From the NCBI GenBank assembly GCA_049322675.1, contig JBMORM010000010.1, positions 19,028 to 83,027 of the forward strand: DNA of 64,000 nt, in the 5' to 3' direction. Under the pieces are notes generated by a model that saw only the letters and a program-made list of their open reading frames with translations, searched no databases and was not told the DNA's origin. Origin of the DNA: Patescibacteria group bacterium. GTDB lineage: Bacteria > Patescibacteriota > JAHJAL01. Position 1 is the stretch's first letter. Every line of letters starts with the position of its first letter. Below, piece by piece: positions 8,412-18,875 of this stretch. The position numbers and the translations under genes are program-made.

Positions 8412-10172
8412 ATGTTTCGAACACATACTTGCGGGGAGTTAAATAAAGAAAATGCCGGCCAAAAAGTAACTCTGTCCGGTTGGGTCAATAAAATGCGTAA
8501 TTTTGGCGGGTTGATATTTGTTGATTTGCGGGATCGTTATGGGATTACTCAGATAAAAATCGAACCGGAACAGGCGGAATTGGTTGAGTTGGCCAAGGAG
8601 ATTGGGAATGAATATGTGGTAAAAGTGGAAGGGACGGTGGGAACGAGACCCGGCAAGGAAGGAAATAAAAATATGGCGACGGGTGAGATCGAAGTAGTAG
8701 CAGAGAAGATGGAAATACTAAGTCAGGCCAAAGTGCCGCCGTTTGAGATTTTTGCGACGGACAAAGAAGAGCCGGCCGAGGAGTTGCGTTTGAAATATCG
8801 GTTTTTGGATTTGCGACGGGAGAAGATGCAGTACAACATTGCCTTTAGAGCCAAAGTGATTCGAATGATTCGAGATTTTATGGACGAACGCGAGTATATC
8901 CATATTGAAACTCCGATTCTCACCTCGTCTTCGCCGGAAGGGGCGCGGGATTTTTTGGTTCCTTCTCGTCTGCATCCGGGAAAGTTTTATGCCCTACCCC
9001 AGGCGCCGCAGCAATTTAAACAATTGTTGATGGTGGCCGGATTTGATAAATATTATCAGATTGCCGCTTGTATGCGCGATGAAGATCCGCGAGCGGATCG
9101 CTCGCCGGGGGAATTTTACCAGCTCGACGCGGAAACAAGTTTTAAGACTTCCAAAGAATTTCAAGACGAGATGGAACCCATGTTTATCCAATTGACAGAG
9201 AAAATGGCCGGGAAAAAAGTGAAAGAAAAACCATTTCCGCGAATTCCGTATATTGAAGCACTGGATAAATATGGCTCGGACAAACCGGATTTGCGTTATG
9301 AAATGGCCTTGATTGATCTGACTCACTGGGCCAAGGAGACTGATTTTAAAGTTTTCAATAGCGCGGATTGCGTCAAAGCTTTGGTAGTAGATGGAGCGGA
9401 CAAATTGTCGCGCAAAGATATTGATACTGATTTGGGTGAACTGGCTAAAAAAATGGGGGCGAAAGGTTTGGCGTGGTTGAAATACAATGATGGAAAGTAT
9501 GATGGCGGTATTGCCAAATTTTTTAATGAGAAACAATTGACTGAGTTGGCGGAAAAATTGAAACTGACCAATAATCAATTAATTCTTTTTGTAGCCGATG
9601 AATATTCTGTGGTTATCGAATCTTTGGGTAAAGTCAGAAATAGAGTGGCGGAAAAAATGAATTTGATCGATCCCGACTTGATTGCCTGGGCCTGGATTGT
9701 TGATTTTCCGATGTATGAAAAAAATAAGCAAACCGGCAAGATAGATTTTTCTCACAATCCTTTTTCGATGCCCCAAGGCGGGATGAAATCGTTGGAAAAA
9801 TTGGATCCATTGAAAATCGTGGCCGATCAATATGATGTGGTTGCCAACGGATTTGAGATGGCATCCGGAGCGGTGAGAAATTATAATCCGGATATTTTGC
9901 ATAAAGTATTTAAAATCGTCGGTTATGGACCGGAAGTTGTCAAAAAGAAATTTGGTGGAATGTTGAACGCTTTTTCTTACGGCGCGCCACCGCACTGTGG
10001 TTTTGCCTTCGGGATCGAGAGAATGACAGCGATTTTGTTGGGATTGAATCAAATAAAAGACGTTGTCGCTTTTCCAAAAAACAATCAGGCACAGGATTTG
10101 CTCATGAACGCTCCGAGCGAAGTGAGCGATGAACAGTTGAAAGAGTTGGGGATTGAGATTCGGAAAAAATAA
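8412..10172 (+). CDS. aspS: Aspartyl-tRNA synthetase
   Basis: 586 aa. Class II aaRS signatures: N-terminal OB fold ([26 protein letters not shown]), [83 protein letters not shown], and C-terminal [24 protein letters not shown]. Confidence 0.95.
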   Translation: [586 protein letters not shown]

Positions 10173-10296
10173 AATATTACTCTTACAATACAAGAAGATC
10201 CTTGAAAAATATGTTTTCGAGGATTTTTTTATTGACCAATAATATTTTTTTGTCTAAACTAGGCTTTGTGACATTTTTTATTTATTCAAAATATTT

Positions 10297-10758
10297 ATGA
10301 AAATTGGCTTGGAAAATAATTATTCGGATGAAGAAGTTGGAACGGAAACTGAAAAAATCGACAAAAGAAAAAAACATATGGGTATGAGTCTGGGAAATAC
10401 CTGCCATTATATTTCGATTGAAGAGAGATTGATGCAAAGGAGTTTATTGAAACCTACCCCCTATCAACTGGAATTGGCGGAAAAATTGGGATTGTCTCCA
10501 GAAACTTACAACAAAATGAATCGACAACAAATGCAGACTTTTTTAACAAATGTAATTCAGGATTCTTTTCGGGAAAAATTGGGTCAAAAGAAAATATATG
10601 TCAGGCAAGAAGTAATCGACGAATATGGCAATCGAGGTAAAGTTTATTCGATAAATTATATTAGCCGTATTCTACGAATAGAATATATTGTTGAAGGCAA
10701 GAAAAAATATCGGCGAATCACCTATCAGGATATTGATAAACTGAGTCTAGTAAAATAA
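10297..10758 (+). CDS. Hypothetical protein
   Basis: 153-aa ORF followed by a strong terminator. No recognisable motif. Confidence 0.45.
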   Translation: MKIGLENNYSDEEVGTETEKIDKRKKHMGMSLGNTCHYISIEERLMQRSLLKPTPYQLELAEKLGLSPETYNKMNRQQMQTFLTNVIQDSFREKLGQKKIYVRQEVIDEYGNRGKVYSINYISRILRIEYIVEGKKKYRRITYQDIDKLSLVK

Positions 10759-10762
10759 TTTC

Positions 10763-10795
10763 TAAAAACCCCGCTTTTTAGGCGGGGTTTTTTGC
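10763..10795. terminator. Bidirectional rho-independent terminator between convergent genes
   Basis: aaaaaccccgcttttttaggcggggttttttg is a GC stem (ccccgc/gcgggg) flanked by A-run and T-run on both sides. It sits between the 3' ends of 10297..10758(+) and 10822..13824(-). Confidence 0.8.
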
Positions 10796-10821
10796 AGGGT
10801 AAAAAAATCGAGGGGATGGGA

Positions 10822-13800
10822 TTAACTTATTTTTTCAACAGCGATCTGATCAATCGAGATATCGGTTTGGCCGTAGGTAAAGACGCGATATTCCATGGTG
10901 CCGGTGGCGGTGCGGGTAAAGTTGATGGTTTTTTCGGTAAAGCTGACGCCGGCAAAATCAGATTGGGTCAAATCCAGATAACTATACAAGCCATCGCCGC
11001 CGACATTGACGGCTTCGATTCTGGCCAAATTACCGGAAGCCGAACCTTCGTTTTTGATGCGGAAGGTGGCTTGATAATTACCGGGAGTTTGATCGGTGGT
11101 GTACGGGCCGTAAACTATGTGACTGGCACCTTCGTAAGCAAAAGCTTTGACGAAAATATCTTGATTGTAATTGTCTTTATAAACTCGGCCGATACCAATA
11201 TTTAGATCTTCAGCTTGATAGATTTCAAAGTCCGGGTTTTTCTTTCTGATCATGATATTGTCAATCATGATATCTGCTACATCAGTAAAATACACGCGGT
11301 ATTCCATCGTCCCACCGGTACCATGATGGAAGTCCAAGGAAAAATTTTGCCAACCATATGATTCGCCAAAATTTCGACCGAGGATTTCACGATAAGCAAA
11401 AGGACTGTTGCCGCCAGGATTATAAACGTCGATTTTGGCGACAGTCAGATGAGTTTGGTTGTCGCTGGAAGACATACGGAAGGTAATTGAGTAATCTTGA
11501 TTATCCTCGAGGTTGTCAGAATATGGACCATAAACCATATATCCCGCATTGTCATCACCGATTAAGGCTTGCCTGGCTTTCCCACCACTGTAATACATAT
11601 TTGGGGCGACAGAGCCCGTTTGACTCAACAAATCTTCCGCTTCGTAACTGAAAAAAGTATTGTCACCCAAAGCAATGATATTTACGTAATCAAGATAAAC
11701 AAGATTGTAGTCACTGTTTCCATAATTATAAATTCGATATTCCAAAGTATCGTTATCATAACAATTGAAATATACTCCAAAATCTTCATATTGATCTTGA
11801 TAAACAAAATCACGGGGTTTTATGGTGCGAGAAGATGACAATTCCGGATGTTGATGATTGAAAACTTCCAAACGGAGTAAATCTTCATTTGGGAAGTTGT
11901 TTTCAACTTTCAAGCGGAAAACCGCGCGATATTGAATATTGGTATTGCGATCGGAGGCGTAGGGGCCGTATTGGACGTAGCCTTGGTCATCCCAATTGAC
12001 TTGAACGGCGACTTTTTCGGAAGCATTTTCGTCATAGATCAATTTACCGGCTTGTCGGTACAGATCTTCACTTTGATAATTGACGTTATAGTCCGGGTAG
12101 AGCAGACTGGTCTCGGTAAAATCAGCGGTAATATCGGTTAATCCATAAGTATAGACGCGATATTCAATCATGCCCAAAGATTTTTTGCCAAATTTTAGAA
12201 AGAAATCTTGATAAGTATCTGAAAATTCAAAATCGGTTCCTTTAATAGAGAAATATTCCCATTCATTGGGATCGCCGGTGTTGACCACTTCGATCCGGGC
12301 GACAACGTCCGAGGTGGAATTGTCTGAGGTTTTCAGATTAAATTTGGCCAAATAATTGTTGTCGATATTATCGTATCCGACATATGGTCCGTATTGAATA
12401 AAACCGGGGCCGTCGGCCACCGTGGCTTGAACGACTTTGCCATTGGAAGCGTGCAGATCTTTGACTACACTACCAATTTGGTGATACAAATTTTCACTTT
12501 CATGTTTGCCTTCTATACTGCCGAAGCTTTGATCTTTTTTGATTTGACTTAAAGCAGATTGAACATTGAGACGGCCATAGCCATAGTATTGATCCCAAGT
12601 TTGCCCGTTCATATTATTTACTTTGTCGGCCGAGGAGATCAGATAGTTTTTGATTTGCTGATTGGTGAGGTTTGGTTGAAAACTCAGTAATAAAGCGGCG
12701 GCACCGGCAACATGGGGAGCGGAAAAAGAAGTGCCACTATAATACACATAAGACTGGTCGCTATCATTGTAAGCGGTAAAAACGGAAATACCGGGAGCCA
12801 CCAAATCCAACTCTGGACCATAATTGCTGAAATATGTCAGATTGTCATCTTGATCCACAGCGCCGACAGCCAATACTTGATGATAAGCGGCGGGAAAGCG
12901 TACACCGGCGGAATCATTTCCGGAAGAAGCAACTACCACCACACCGTGATTATCGGCGTATTCAACAGCATAACGGAGGGAAGAATAGTCGTAATATGTA
13001 CCCAAACTCAAATTGATTATTTTGGCACCATTATCTGTGGCATAATACATGGCTTGAGTAACATCCCAGAGATCACAACTGCCAGCGAAATTACATACTT
13101 TTAATGGCATGATTGTCGCCTGCCAATTCATACCGGCCAAACCAAGATTATTGTTGGTATTGGCGGCGATCACCGAGCTAACGCCCGTGCCATGACCATA
13201 GTCATCGGCGGGATTATTGTTGTCGAAAACATAGTTGTAACCTTTGACGTCGTCAACATAGCCATTGTTGTCGTCATCGATATTGTTGTCGGGAATTTCG
13301 TCTTGATTGGTCCAAGATAGTCCTTGCAAATCTTCATGAGTAAACAAAAGACCGGTATCAATCACGGCAATGACCATATCTTGGTTACCTTGAACTTCAT
13401 CCCATACCGTAGGAACAGCCACGTTACGCAGGTTCCATTGGCTGGATAGATAGTAGGTGTCATTGGGGGTGGTAGCCTGTAGATCCAAGACGCCATTGGG
13501 TTCGATTTGGTCGGCACCAAGCAAATTTAGACTATTGAGATCAATTTGGTTGTCGGCTCTTTGTTTATTATTGGTATCGGTTGGTAAATTTTTGATTAAA
13601 ATATAGCCATCTTTGCCGACTTCTATCTGACTACTTTCCAAGTGATTATTGATCAGAAAATTTTCCAGACTAATAGAATCAGAAAGTTTAACGATAATTC
13701 CACGAGAAATATCACTGACTTTGGTTTCCGTTTTTGTTTGACCAAGAGCCGGAGAAACAAAAGAAAAACCAGCGACAGCGAGACAGAGGAAAAGGCCGGA

Positions 13801-13824
13801 AGCGAACCATTTATTTCCTACCAT
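10822..13824 (-). CDS. Secreted subtilisin-like serine protease (peptidase S8) with five tandem ~120-aa C-terminal repeats
   Basis: 1000 aa. Signal peptide MVGNKWFASGLFLCLAVAGFSFVSPALG. Catalytic triad motifs VIAVIDTGL (Asp), DYGHGTGVSSV (His) and YYSGTSFSAPHVAGAAALL (Ser). Five C-terminal repeats follow the pattern YQAEDL...GYVQYGPY...A(V/T)FR(L/I)K...LARIEVxN. Confidence 0.9.
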   Translation of the reverse strand: MVGNKWFASGLFLCLAVAGFSFVSPALGQTKTETKVSDISRGIIVKLSDSISLENFLINNHLESSQIEVGKDGYILIKNLPTDTNNKQRADNQIDLNSLNLLGADQIEPNGVLDLQATTPNDTYYLSSQWNLRNVAVPTVWDEVQGNQDMVIAVIDTGLLFTHEDLQGLSWTNQDEIPDNNIDDDNNGYVDDVKGYNYVFDNNNPADDYGHGTGVSSVIAANTNNNLGLAGMNWQATIMPLKVCNFAGSCDLWDVTQAMYYATDNGAKIINLSLGTYYDYSSLRYAVEYADNHGVVVVASSGNDSAGVRFPAAYHQVLAVGAVDQDDNLTYFSNYGPELDLVAPGISVFTAYNDSDQSYVYYSGTSFSAPHVAGAAALLLSFQPNLTNQQIKNYLISSADKVNNMNGQTWDQYYGYGRLNVQSALSQIKKDQSFGSIEGKHESENLYHQIGSVVKDLHASNGKVVQATVADGPGFIQYGPYVGYDNIDNNYLAKFNLKTSDNSTSDVVARIEVVNTGDPNEWEYFSIKGTDFEFSDTYQDFFLKFGKKSLGMIEYRVYTYGLTDITADFTETSLLYPDYNVNYQSEDLYRQAGKLIYDENASEKVAVQVNWDDQGYVQYGPYASDRNTNIQYRAVFRLKVENNFPNEDLLRLEVFNHQHPELSSSRTIKPRDFVYQDQYEDFGVYFNCYDNDTLEYRIYNYGNSDYNLVYLDYVNIIALGDNTFFSYEAEDLLSQTGSVAPNMYYSGGKARQALIGDDNAGYMVYGPYSDNLEDNQDYSITFRMSSSDNQTHLTVAKIDVYNPGGNSPFAYREILGRNFGESYGWQNFSLDFHHGTGGTMEYRVYFTDVADIMIDNIMIRKKNPDFEIYQAEDLNIGIGRVYKDNYNQDIFVKAFAYEGASHIVYGPYTTDQTPGNYQATFRIKNEGSASGNLARIEAVNVGGDGLYSYLDLTQSDFAGVSFTEKTINFTRTATGTMEYRVFTYGQTDISIDQIAVEKIS

Positions 13825-13980
13825 ATGATTTTTTTAATAAATAATATTGGATTAAATATAACAGATGGTTCTCTTTTGTCAATTTGGGGGCTTGTTCTCG
13901 CATTTTGTCTTTTTGGGGACAATTGACAAGACTATCATTTTTGAGACACACTAAAAGAAATAAAATAAGAGGGAGAGTAT

Positions 13981-16140
13981 ATGGAGAAAAAAGTTTGGAG
14001 TGGGGTCGGATTGGTGTTATTTACATTGGCGATTTTCGGACAAACCAGTCTGGTACAAGCGATGAGTGATTACGATTATTCGATTTCTCAAAAGTCGGAC
14101 AATCCAATCGTAAAACAAGGGGAAGAAGTAATCTTGTGGGTGAAAATTTTGAATACTGGAAATGCCACTTGGTATGGCGACCGGGCCAATGAACATGATA
14201 CTTGTCATACAGATGAAAACGGGGAAATTTATTGCATGGGAGCTTTGGTGGAGCCTTTGCGATTGGGAACTGTTCGTCCGACGGATAGAAACAGCGGGTT
14301 TTTTACGCAAGACAATTGGATAGCATCCAATCGAGTCCACAAAGCCGATGAAGAAGAAATAATGCCGGGCGGAGTGGCTTCTTTCGGTTTTTACGCGAGT
14401 GTCCCTTATGATATGAACCCGGGAATTTACCGAGAATGTTTTGCGCCGGTAGTTGAAAATACAACCTGGATGGGAGACAAGGGTATTTGCTGGGATATCA
14501 ATGTCGTGGATAATCCGGAAGAAAAATCCTACAAAGCTGATGCGATCAATGATTATGACACTAGTTATATTGAACTGGCGCCGGGAGAACAAAAGAAAAT
14601 TACCTTGAAGGCCAAAAATACCGGCACGGAAACTTGGACAAGAAGTGGACAATATCCGATTCATCTGGCAACAGATAAACCGAAAGATCGTGTAAGCGAT
14701 TTTTATGATAAAAACTGGTTAAGCGAAAATCGTTTGACGATGCTAAATGAAGAAAATATCAAACCGGGAGGGTCGGGCAGTTTTTCATTTACTTTGACCG
14801 CCCCCGTCAAAGCGGAGATCGGTGATGAATATTATGAATATTACCGTTTGGTTGCCGAGGGCAAACAGTGGTTGGGTTCTTCGGATTCTTTGGAAGCCTT
14901 TGGTTGTGGCGGCAATAAGTTAGGTGAGAAAATGGCTTATACTCAGTGTGCCGGATATTACGACGGTTTTATCGTAGTCGTAAAGATAGTTGACGACGAA
15001 AGCAACATTGAGACAAATGTCGGAGAAGAATTTACAATAGAACTGGATTCCAATGGTACCACCGGTTACGCCTGGGATATAGTCGCTCAACCCGATAAAA
15101 ATATTATCGAACTTGTTGATTCCGGTTACAGAGACGAGTGCCCAGTTGATCTAACCGGTTGCGGTAATCCGCAATTTTGGACTTTTAAAGCTTCAAAAGA
15201 GGGGAAAACCCAGTTTGAAATGCAATATCGACGCAGTTGGGAAACGGATATCGAGCCTTTGCAGACCAAGAAATATAATGTTTTGGTATTGAGCAAACTT
15301 GAAGCTCAGGAGAATCTGAAAGAAATGGCGGAAAATTTGACGGCGGTAAAATCATTGGAATACAATGGTGAATTCAAGATGTCCAGTGAGGATGAAAAAA
15401 TTGATATGGACATTGATTTTAGCGGCGGAACTGACGAAAATAATATCAATAATCCGTTGGGATATTTTTTGGTTGGTTTCAATTTGGTTAATGCGGATGA
15501 AGATTTGAAATATGCCGGTGACTTGGAATGGCGAACTATCGATAACATCGATTATCTCAAATTGGATTATCAAAGCGAGGTGGAAAATCCTGAGATTAAA
15601 AAGTATCTGGATGTGATCAATGATCAATGGATCAAAATGGACAAGGAGACGGATGTCGAGGATTTTGATCTGGGAATGTTTAATGAAGAATTGGGCAATT
15701 GGCAGGACAAGTTGACCGACGAACAACAGGAAAAAATCAAAGAACTCAATCAAAAATATCAAATCATGAAGGTTTCCGAGGTGTTGGCCGATACGACGGT
15801 AGATGGAGTAGCAGTTTATCATTATCGTTACATGATCGACGTAGCGGAGATGGAACAAATGATCAACGAACTGGATCAGGTGTTGTCGCCGGAGTTGAAC
15901 CCGTATCGCAATCCGTCGATGGACGAGGTAAAAAATCTAACGGGCGAGATTTGGATTGGAAAGACTGATTTACTGCCCTACAAAATGACGGTGGAAATGG
16001 ATGAAATGATGGAAGCCAGTGATGCAACGATTGATTTTACAATGTATTTCAAAAATTTCAACCAACCACTGACCATTGAGACTCCCGCGACAGCAAAAAC
16101 TATTGATGAGATTGCCGAGGATATGGAGAAGATTGAGTAA
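13981..16140 (+). CDS. Secreted protein: two Ig-like (NBR1-FW-type) domains, a chagasin-family (I42) peptidase-inhibitor-like domain, and an acidic C-terminal region
   Basis: 719 aa. Signal peptide MEKKVWSGVGLVLFTLAIFGQTSLVQA. The N-terminal domain is homologous to 3764..6079 (..ILWVKILNTGNATWYGD..RPTDRNSGFFTQDNWIASNR..). The central IVVVKIVDDESNIETNVGEEFTIELDSNGTTGYAWDIV matches the chagasin/I42 (G-x-x-F-x-I-x-L-x-x-N-x-T-T-G-Y-x-W) signature. Confidence 0.75.
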   Translation: MEKKVWSGVGLVLFTLAIFGQTSLVQAMSDYDYSISQKSDNPIVKQGEEVILWVKILNTGNATWYGDRANEHDTCHTDENGEIYCMGALVEPLRLGTVRPTDRNSGFFTQDNWIASNRVHKADEEEIMPGGVASFGFYASVPYDMNPGIYRECFAPVVENTTWMGDKGICWDINVVDNPEEKSYKADAINDYDTSYIELAPGEQKKITLKAKNTGTETWTRSGQYPIHLATDKPKDRVSDFYDKNWLSENRLTMLNEENIKPGGSGSFSFTLTAPVKAEIGDEYYEYYRLVAEGKQWLGSSDSLEAFGCGGNKLGEKMAYTQCAGYYDGFIVVVKIVDDESNIETNVGEEFTIELDSNGTTGYAWDIVAQPDKNIIELVDSGYRDECPVDLTGCGNPQFWTFKASKEGKTQFEMQYRRSWETDIEPLQTKKYNVLVLSKLEAQENLKEMAENLTAVKSLEYNGEFKMSSEDEKIDMDIDFSGGTDENNINNPLGYFLVGFNLVNADEDLKYAGDLEWRTIDNIDYLKLDYQSEVENPEIKKYLDVINDQWIKMDKETDVEDFDLGMFNEELGNWQDKLTDEQQEKIKELNQKYQIMKVSEVLADTTVDGVAVYHYRYMIDVAEMEQMINELDQVLSPELNPYRNPSMDEVKNLTGEIWIGKTDLLPYKMTVEMDEMMEASDATIDFTMYFKNFNQPLTIETPATAKTIDEIAEDMEKIE

Positions 16141-16174
16141 TTGAATAGAACAAGAAAAATATTGATAACAAAAA

Positions 16175-16205
16175 ACACCCCTGAAAAAAAATCAGGGGTG
16201 TTTTG
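16175..16205 (+). terminator. Rho-independent terminator
   Basis: acacccctgaaaaaaaatcaggggtgtttt is a hairpin followed by a T-run, downstream of 13981..16140. Confidence 0.7.
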
Positions 16206-16299
16206 AAAAATCGACTCATATTTTTTATATTGTAACTTATTTCAAGAATTGAGATGATTGATTTGGTCGTCAGAAAATGTCTTGAAATTTTCATGAAAT

Positions 16300-17337
16300 A
16301 TGACAAAAAAATATTGGAATCCTTTGGGGGATGATTTGCCGAACGAAAAGTTGGCAAGCGAGTCAGATAAAAATCAATTAAATAGTAATGACTACTTCAA
16401 AGAAGAGGTAAAAAAATATCGAGGAATGGTCAGTAAGGCGGCCAGAGAAAGAATGGGGATTATTTTGGCCGCGATTATTGTTTTGACTTTATTTTGGCAG
16501 TTTATGGAAGTAAATAGTCGGATAGTTTTTCCATTAACCATATTGATTTTATTTTTTCTTTTTGCTTTTTATATTGCTAGTGGTGGAAAAATTACGGTAA
16601 TAGGTTTTAGATTACAAAAAGAATATTACTGGCATTTATATTCAAACGTCATTTTGGAAAACGGATGGCGAATTGATCAAAATGTTTTTCGCGATCAATC
16701 TAGTTGGCAAAAGGTTGTTGGTTTATATCCATTGATTTTCCGAAAAGGTGATAATGATCAGACTCTTGAAAAAATGGTTTGGGGTTGGGTCGGAGAATAT
16801 CCATTTTGGAAGACAATTTTTAGTTATCAAATTGAATTTAAAGACATTAATCATAATGCAAATTACAGGACAGAAAAGGAGTTAATAATGGCCTTTAAGG
16901 CTAAAAAGAAAATTTGTAATGGCTATATTTTGTTGCAAGGGAGAGTAAAAGATATATGGCAGGAAAAAGTAGAAGATTTGGTCAATATCGGCGCTGCGGA
17001 AATAAATAAAAAACAAATGCCAGAAATGGAATTGATTGATTTTAATCGGGCATTTTTTTGCGTAGATAGCCAGGGCATTAGTAACAATGATTGGCACAGA
17101 ATCTTTTCTCCGGTAATGCAAAGAAATTTGGTGGAATTTTGGCGTTGGCATAATCGATGTAATATTCTTATTAATAACGATGAATTGTGGGTAGTTACTG
17201 AAGAAAAAGTATGGGGAGGGGAAAAAGATGTTAATGAAAACGATCTTTTTGATTACGAGAAAAATTATTCGGAATATAAAGATAAAATAAATCGGTTATT
17301 GAACAATTTTGTGGAGATATTAGATAATTGCGATTAA
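16300..17337 (+). CDS. Hypothetical membrane protein (2 predicted TM helices)
   Basis: 345-aa ORF. Hydrophobic segments GIILAAIIVLTLFWQF and FPLTILILFFLFAFYIA. No recognisable catalytic motif. Immediately upstream of the LemA-like gene. Confidence 0.55.
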   Translation: MTKKYWNPLGDDLPNEKLASESDKNQLNSNDYFKEEVKKYRGMVSKAARERMGIILAAIIVLTLFWQFMEVNSRIVFPLTILILFFLFAFYIASGGKITVIGFRLQKEYYWHLYSNVILENGWRIDQNVFRDQSSWQKVVGLYPLIFRKGDNDQTLEKMVWGWVGEYPFWKTIFSYQIEFKDINHNANYRTEKELIMAFKAKKKICNGYILLQGRVKDIWQEKVEDLVNIGAAEINKKQMPEMELIDFNRAFFCVDSQGISNNDWHRIFSPVMQRNLVEFWRWHNRCNILINNDELWVVTEEKVWGGEKDVNENDLFDYEKNYSEYKDKINRLLNNFVEILDNCD

Positions 17338-17346
17338 GAAAAAAAT

Positions 17347-17895
17347 ATGAGAAGAATAAAAAATGTTGATTTGATAGCATATTACATTGCCATAACGGTC
17401 ATGCTTATTAGTTTACCGATATTAGGTGAATTGATATACAATCCGACCAATATCAAAAATATTGTCTGGATAATTATCATTTTATTAATTGTTCTTTATA
17501 TTTATTTCTGGCGAAGAATAGTGAAATATAAAAATTTTGTTCTGAGCGCTCGGTCTAATATTGATGTGCAGCTGAGCAGACGTCATAACTTGATTAATGG
17601 TTTGATTGGAATAATTGAAAAATATTCAAGACACGAAGAAAATATTTTACTAAAAAAAGAAAATAAAATAGATTTTAATGTTTTAATGGAAAAATATCCT
17701 GATTTGAAGGCGGACAAATTATTTGTTGAGTTGATAGATGCCTTATCAGACTGCGAAAACGAGATAGCTGCGACCAGAGAGATATTCAACGAGAATGTTC
17801 TTCATTATAATAAGATTATTCAAACCTTTCCGGGAAATGTGATCGCGGTGATTAATGGATACAAACAAATTAATTATTGGACAGATGAAGAATAA
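17347..17895 (+). CDS. LemA family protein
   Basis: 182 aa with N-terminal TM. IDVQLSRRHNLINGLIGIIEKYSRHEE and HYNKIIQTFPGNVIAVINGYK match the LemA signature (IDVQLKRRhDLIPNLV ... YNtaIrqFPsNivA). Confidence 0.75.
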   Translation: MRRIKNVDLIAYYIAITVMLISLPILGELIYNPTNIKNIVWIIIILLIVLYIYFWRRIVKYKNFVLSARSNIDVQLSRRHNLINGLIGIIEKYSRHEENILLKKENKIDFNVLMEKYPDLKADKLFVELIDALSDCENEIAATREIFNENVLHYNKIIQTFPGNVIAVINGYKQINYWTDEE

Positions 17896-17957
17896 ATTTC
17901 GAGATAATTTCTTGAAAAAAAATATTAAATAATGGCAGTAATATTGGAGATTTTTTT

Positions 17958-18875
17958 ATGGAAAAAGTAATAATTATCGGTTCGGGGCCGGCGGCGATGA
18001 CGGCGGCGATTTATACCGGGAGAGCGGAGTTGAAGCCGTTGGTGATTGCCGGGGTGCAGTGGGGCGGATTGCTGATGTGGACAACCTGTGTAGAAAATTA
18101 CCCGGGTTTTCCGGATGGCGTGATGGGACCGGAACTCATGATGCGTTGCAAACAACAAGCGGAAAAATTTGGTGCCAGGTTTATTTTGGACAATGTGGCG
18201 GAAGTTGATTTCAAGAGTTCACCTTTCAAAGTAAAAGTGGGAGACAAGTGGGAAGAAGCGGAATCGATCATTATTGGTGCAGGAACGAAACCGAGAACTT
18301 TGCGTTTACCTAGAGAAAAAGAGTTTATCGGACGCGGTTTGTCAGTCTGCGCCACTTGTGATGGCGCGTTGTTCAAAGAAAAAGATGTGATCGTGGTTGG
18401 TGGCGGGGATAGTGCGATGGAAGAGGCTAATTTTTTAAGTAAGTTTGCTAAAAGCGTCACTGTTTTAGTGCGTAGCGACAAGGTGAGAGCAAGTAAGATA
18501 ATGCTGGAACGTTCAGAAGCAAATCAAAAAATAAAGATTATGTACAATACCGAAGTGATTGAATATCTGGGGGACAAGGCTTTGGCGGGAGTTAAAATAA
18601 TTAATAACAAAACTCAAGAACAATCCGAATTGCCGGCAAATGGATTGTTCTTGGCGATCGGTCACGTGCCAACAACGGAAATTTTTCAGGGGCAATTGCC
18701 GATGGACGAATTGGGATACTTGAAGAAAGAAAAAAATAATATGTCCTCTATCGAAGGGGTATTTGTTTGCGGAGACGTGGAAGACGGGCGATACAGACAG
18801 GCGATCGTGGCAGCCGGCGATGGCTGCAAAGCGGCGTTGGATACGATTAGGTGGCTGGAGGGGAAGGAAAAATAA
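17958..18875 (+). CDS. trxB: Thioredoxin-disulfide reductase
   Basis: 305 aa. FAD-binding GSGPAAMTAAIY, redox-active CATC (GRGLSVCATCDG), NADPH-binding VIVVGGGDSAMEEANFL, and C-terminal VFVCGDV..YRQAIVAAGDGC. Confidence 0.95.
   Translation: MEKVIIIGSGPAAMTAAIYTGRAELKPLVIAGVQWGGLLMWTTCVENYPGFPDGVMGPELMMRCKQQAEKFGARFILDNVAEVDFKSSPFKVKVGDKWEEAESIIIGAGTKPRTLRLPREKEFIGRGLSVCATCDGALFKEKDVIVVGGGDSAMEEANFLSKFAKSVTVLVRSDKVRASKIMLERSEANQKIKIMYNTEVIEYLGDKALAGVKIINNKTQEQSELPANGLFLAIGHVPTTEIFQGQLPMDELGYLKKEKNNMSSIEGVFVCGDVEDGRYRQAIVAAGDGCKAALDTIRWLEGKEK

Noticed and set aside
8718-10193. Antisense ORFs inside aspS (e.g. 8994..9578-, 9579..10193-), and the many 60-220-aa antisense ORFs inside the giant genes, GroEL and the GT2 synthase
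   Set aside because: They overlap strongly supported conserved genes on the opposite strand. Their translations are low-complexity (Ile/Phe/Asn-rich), typical of the antisense strand of AT-rich coding DNA.
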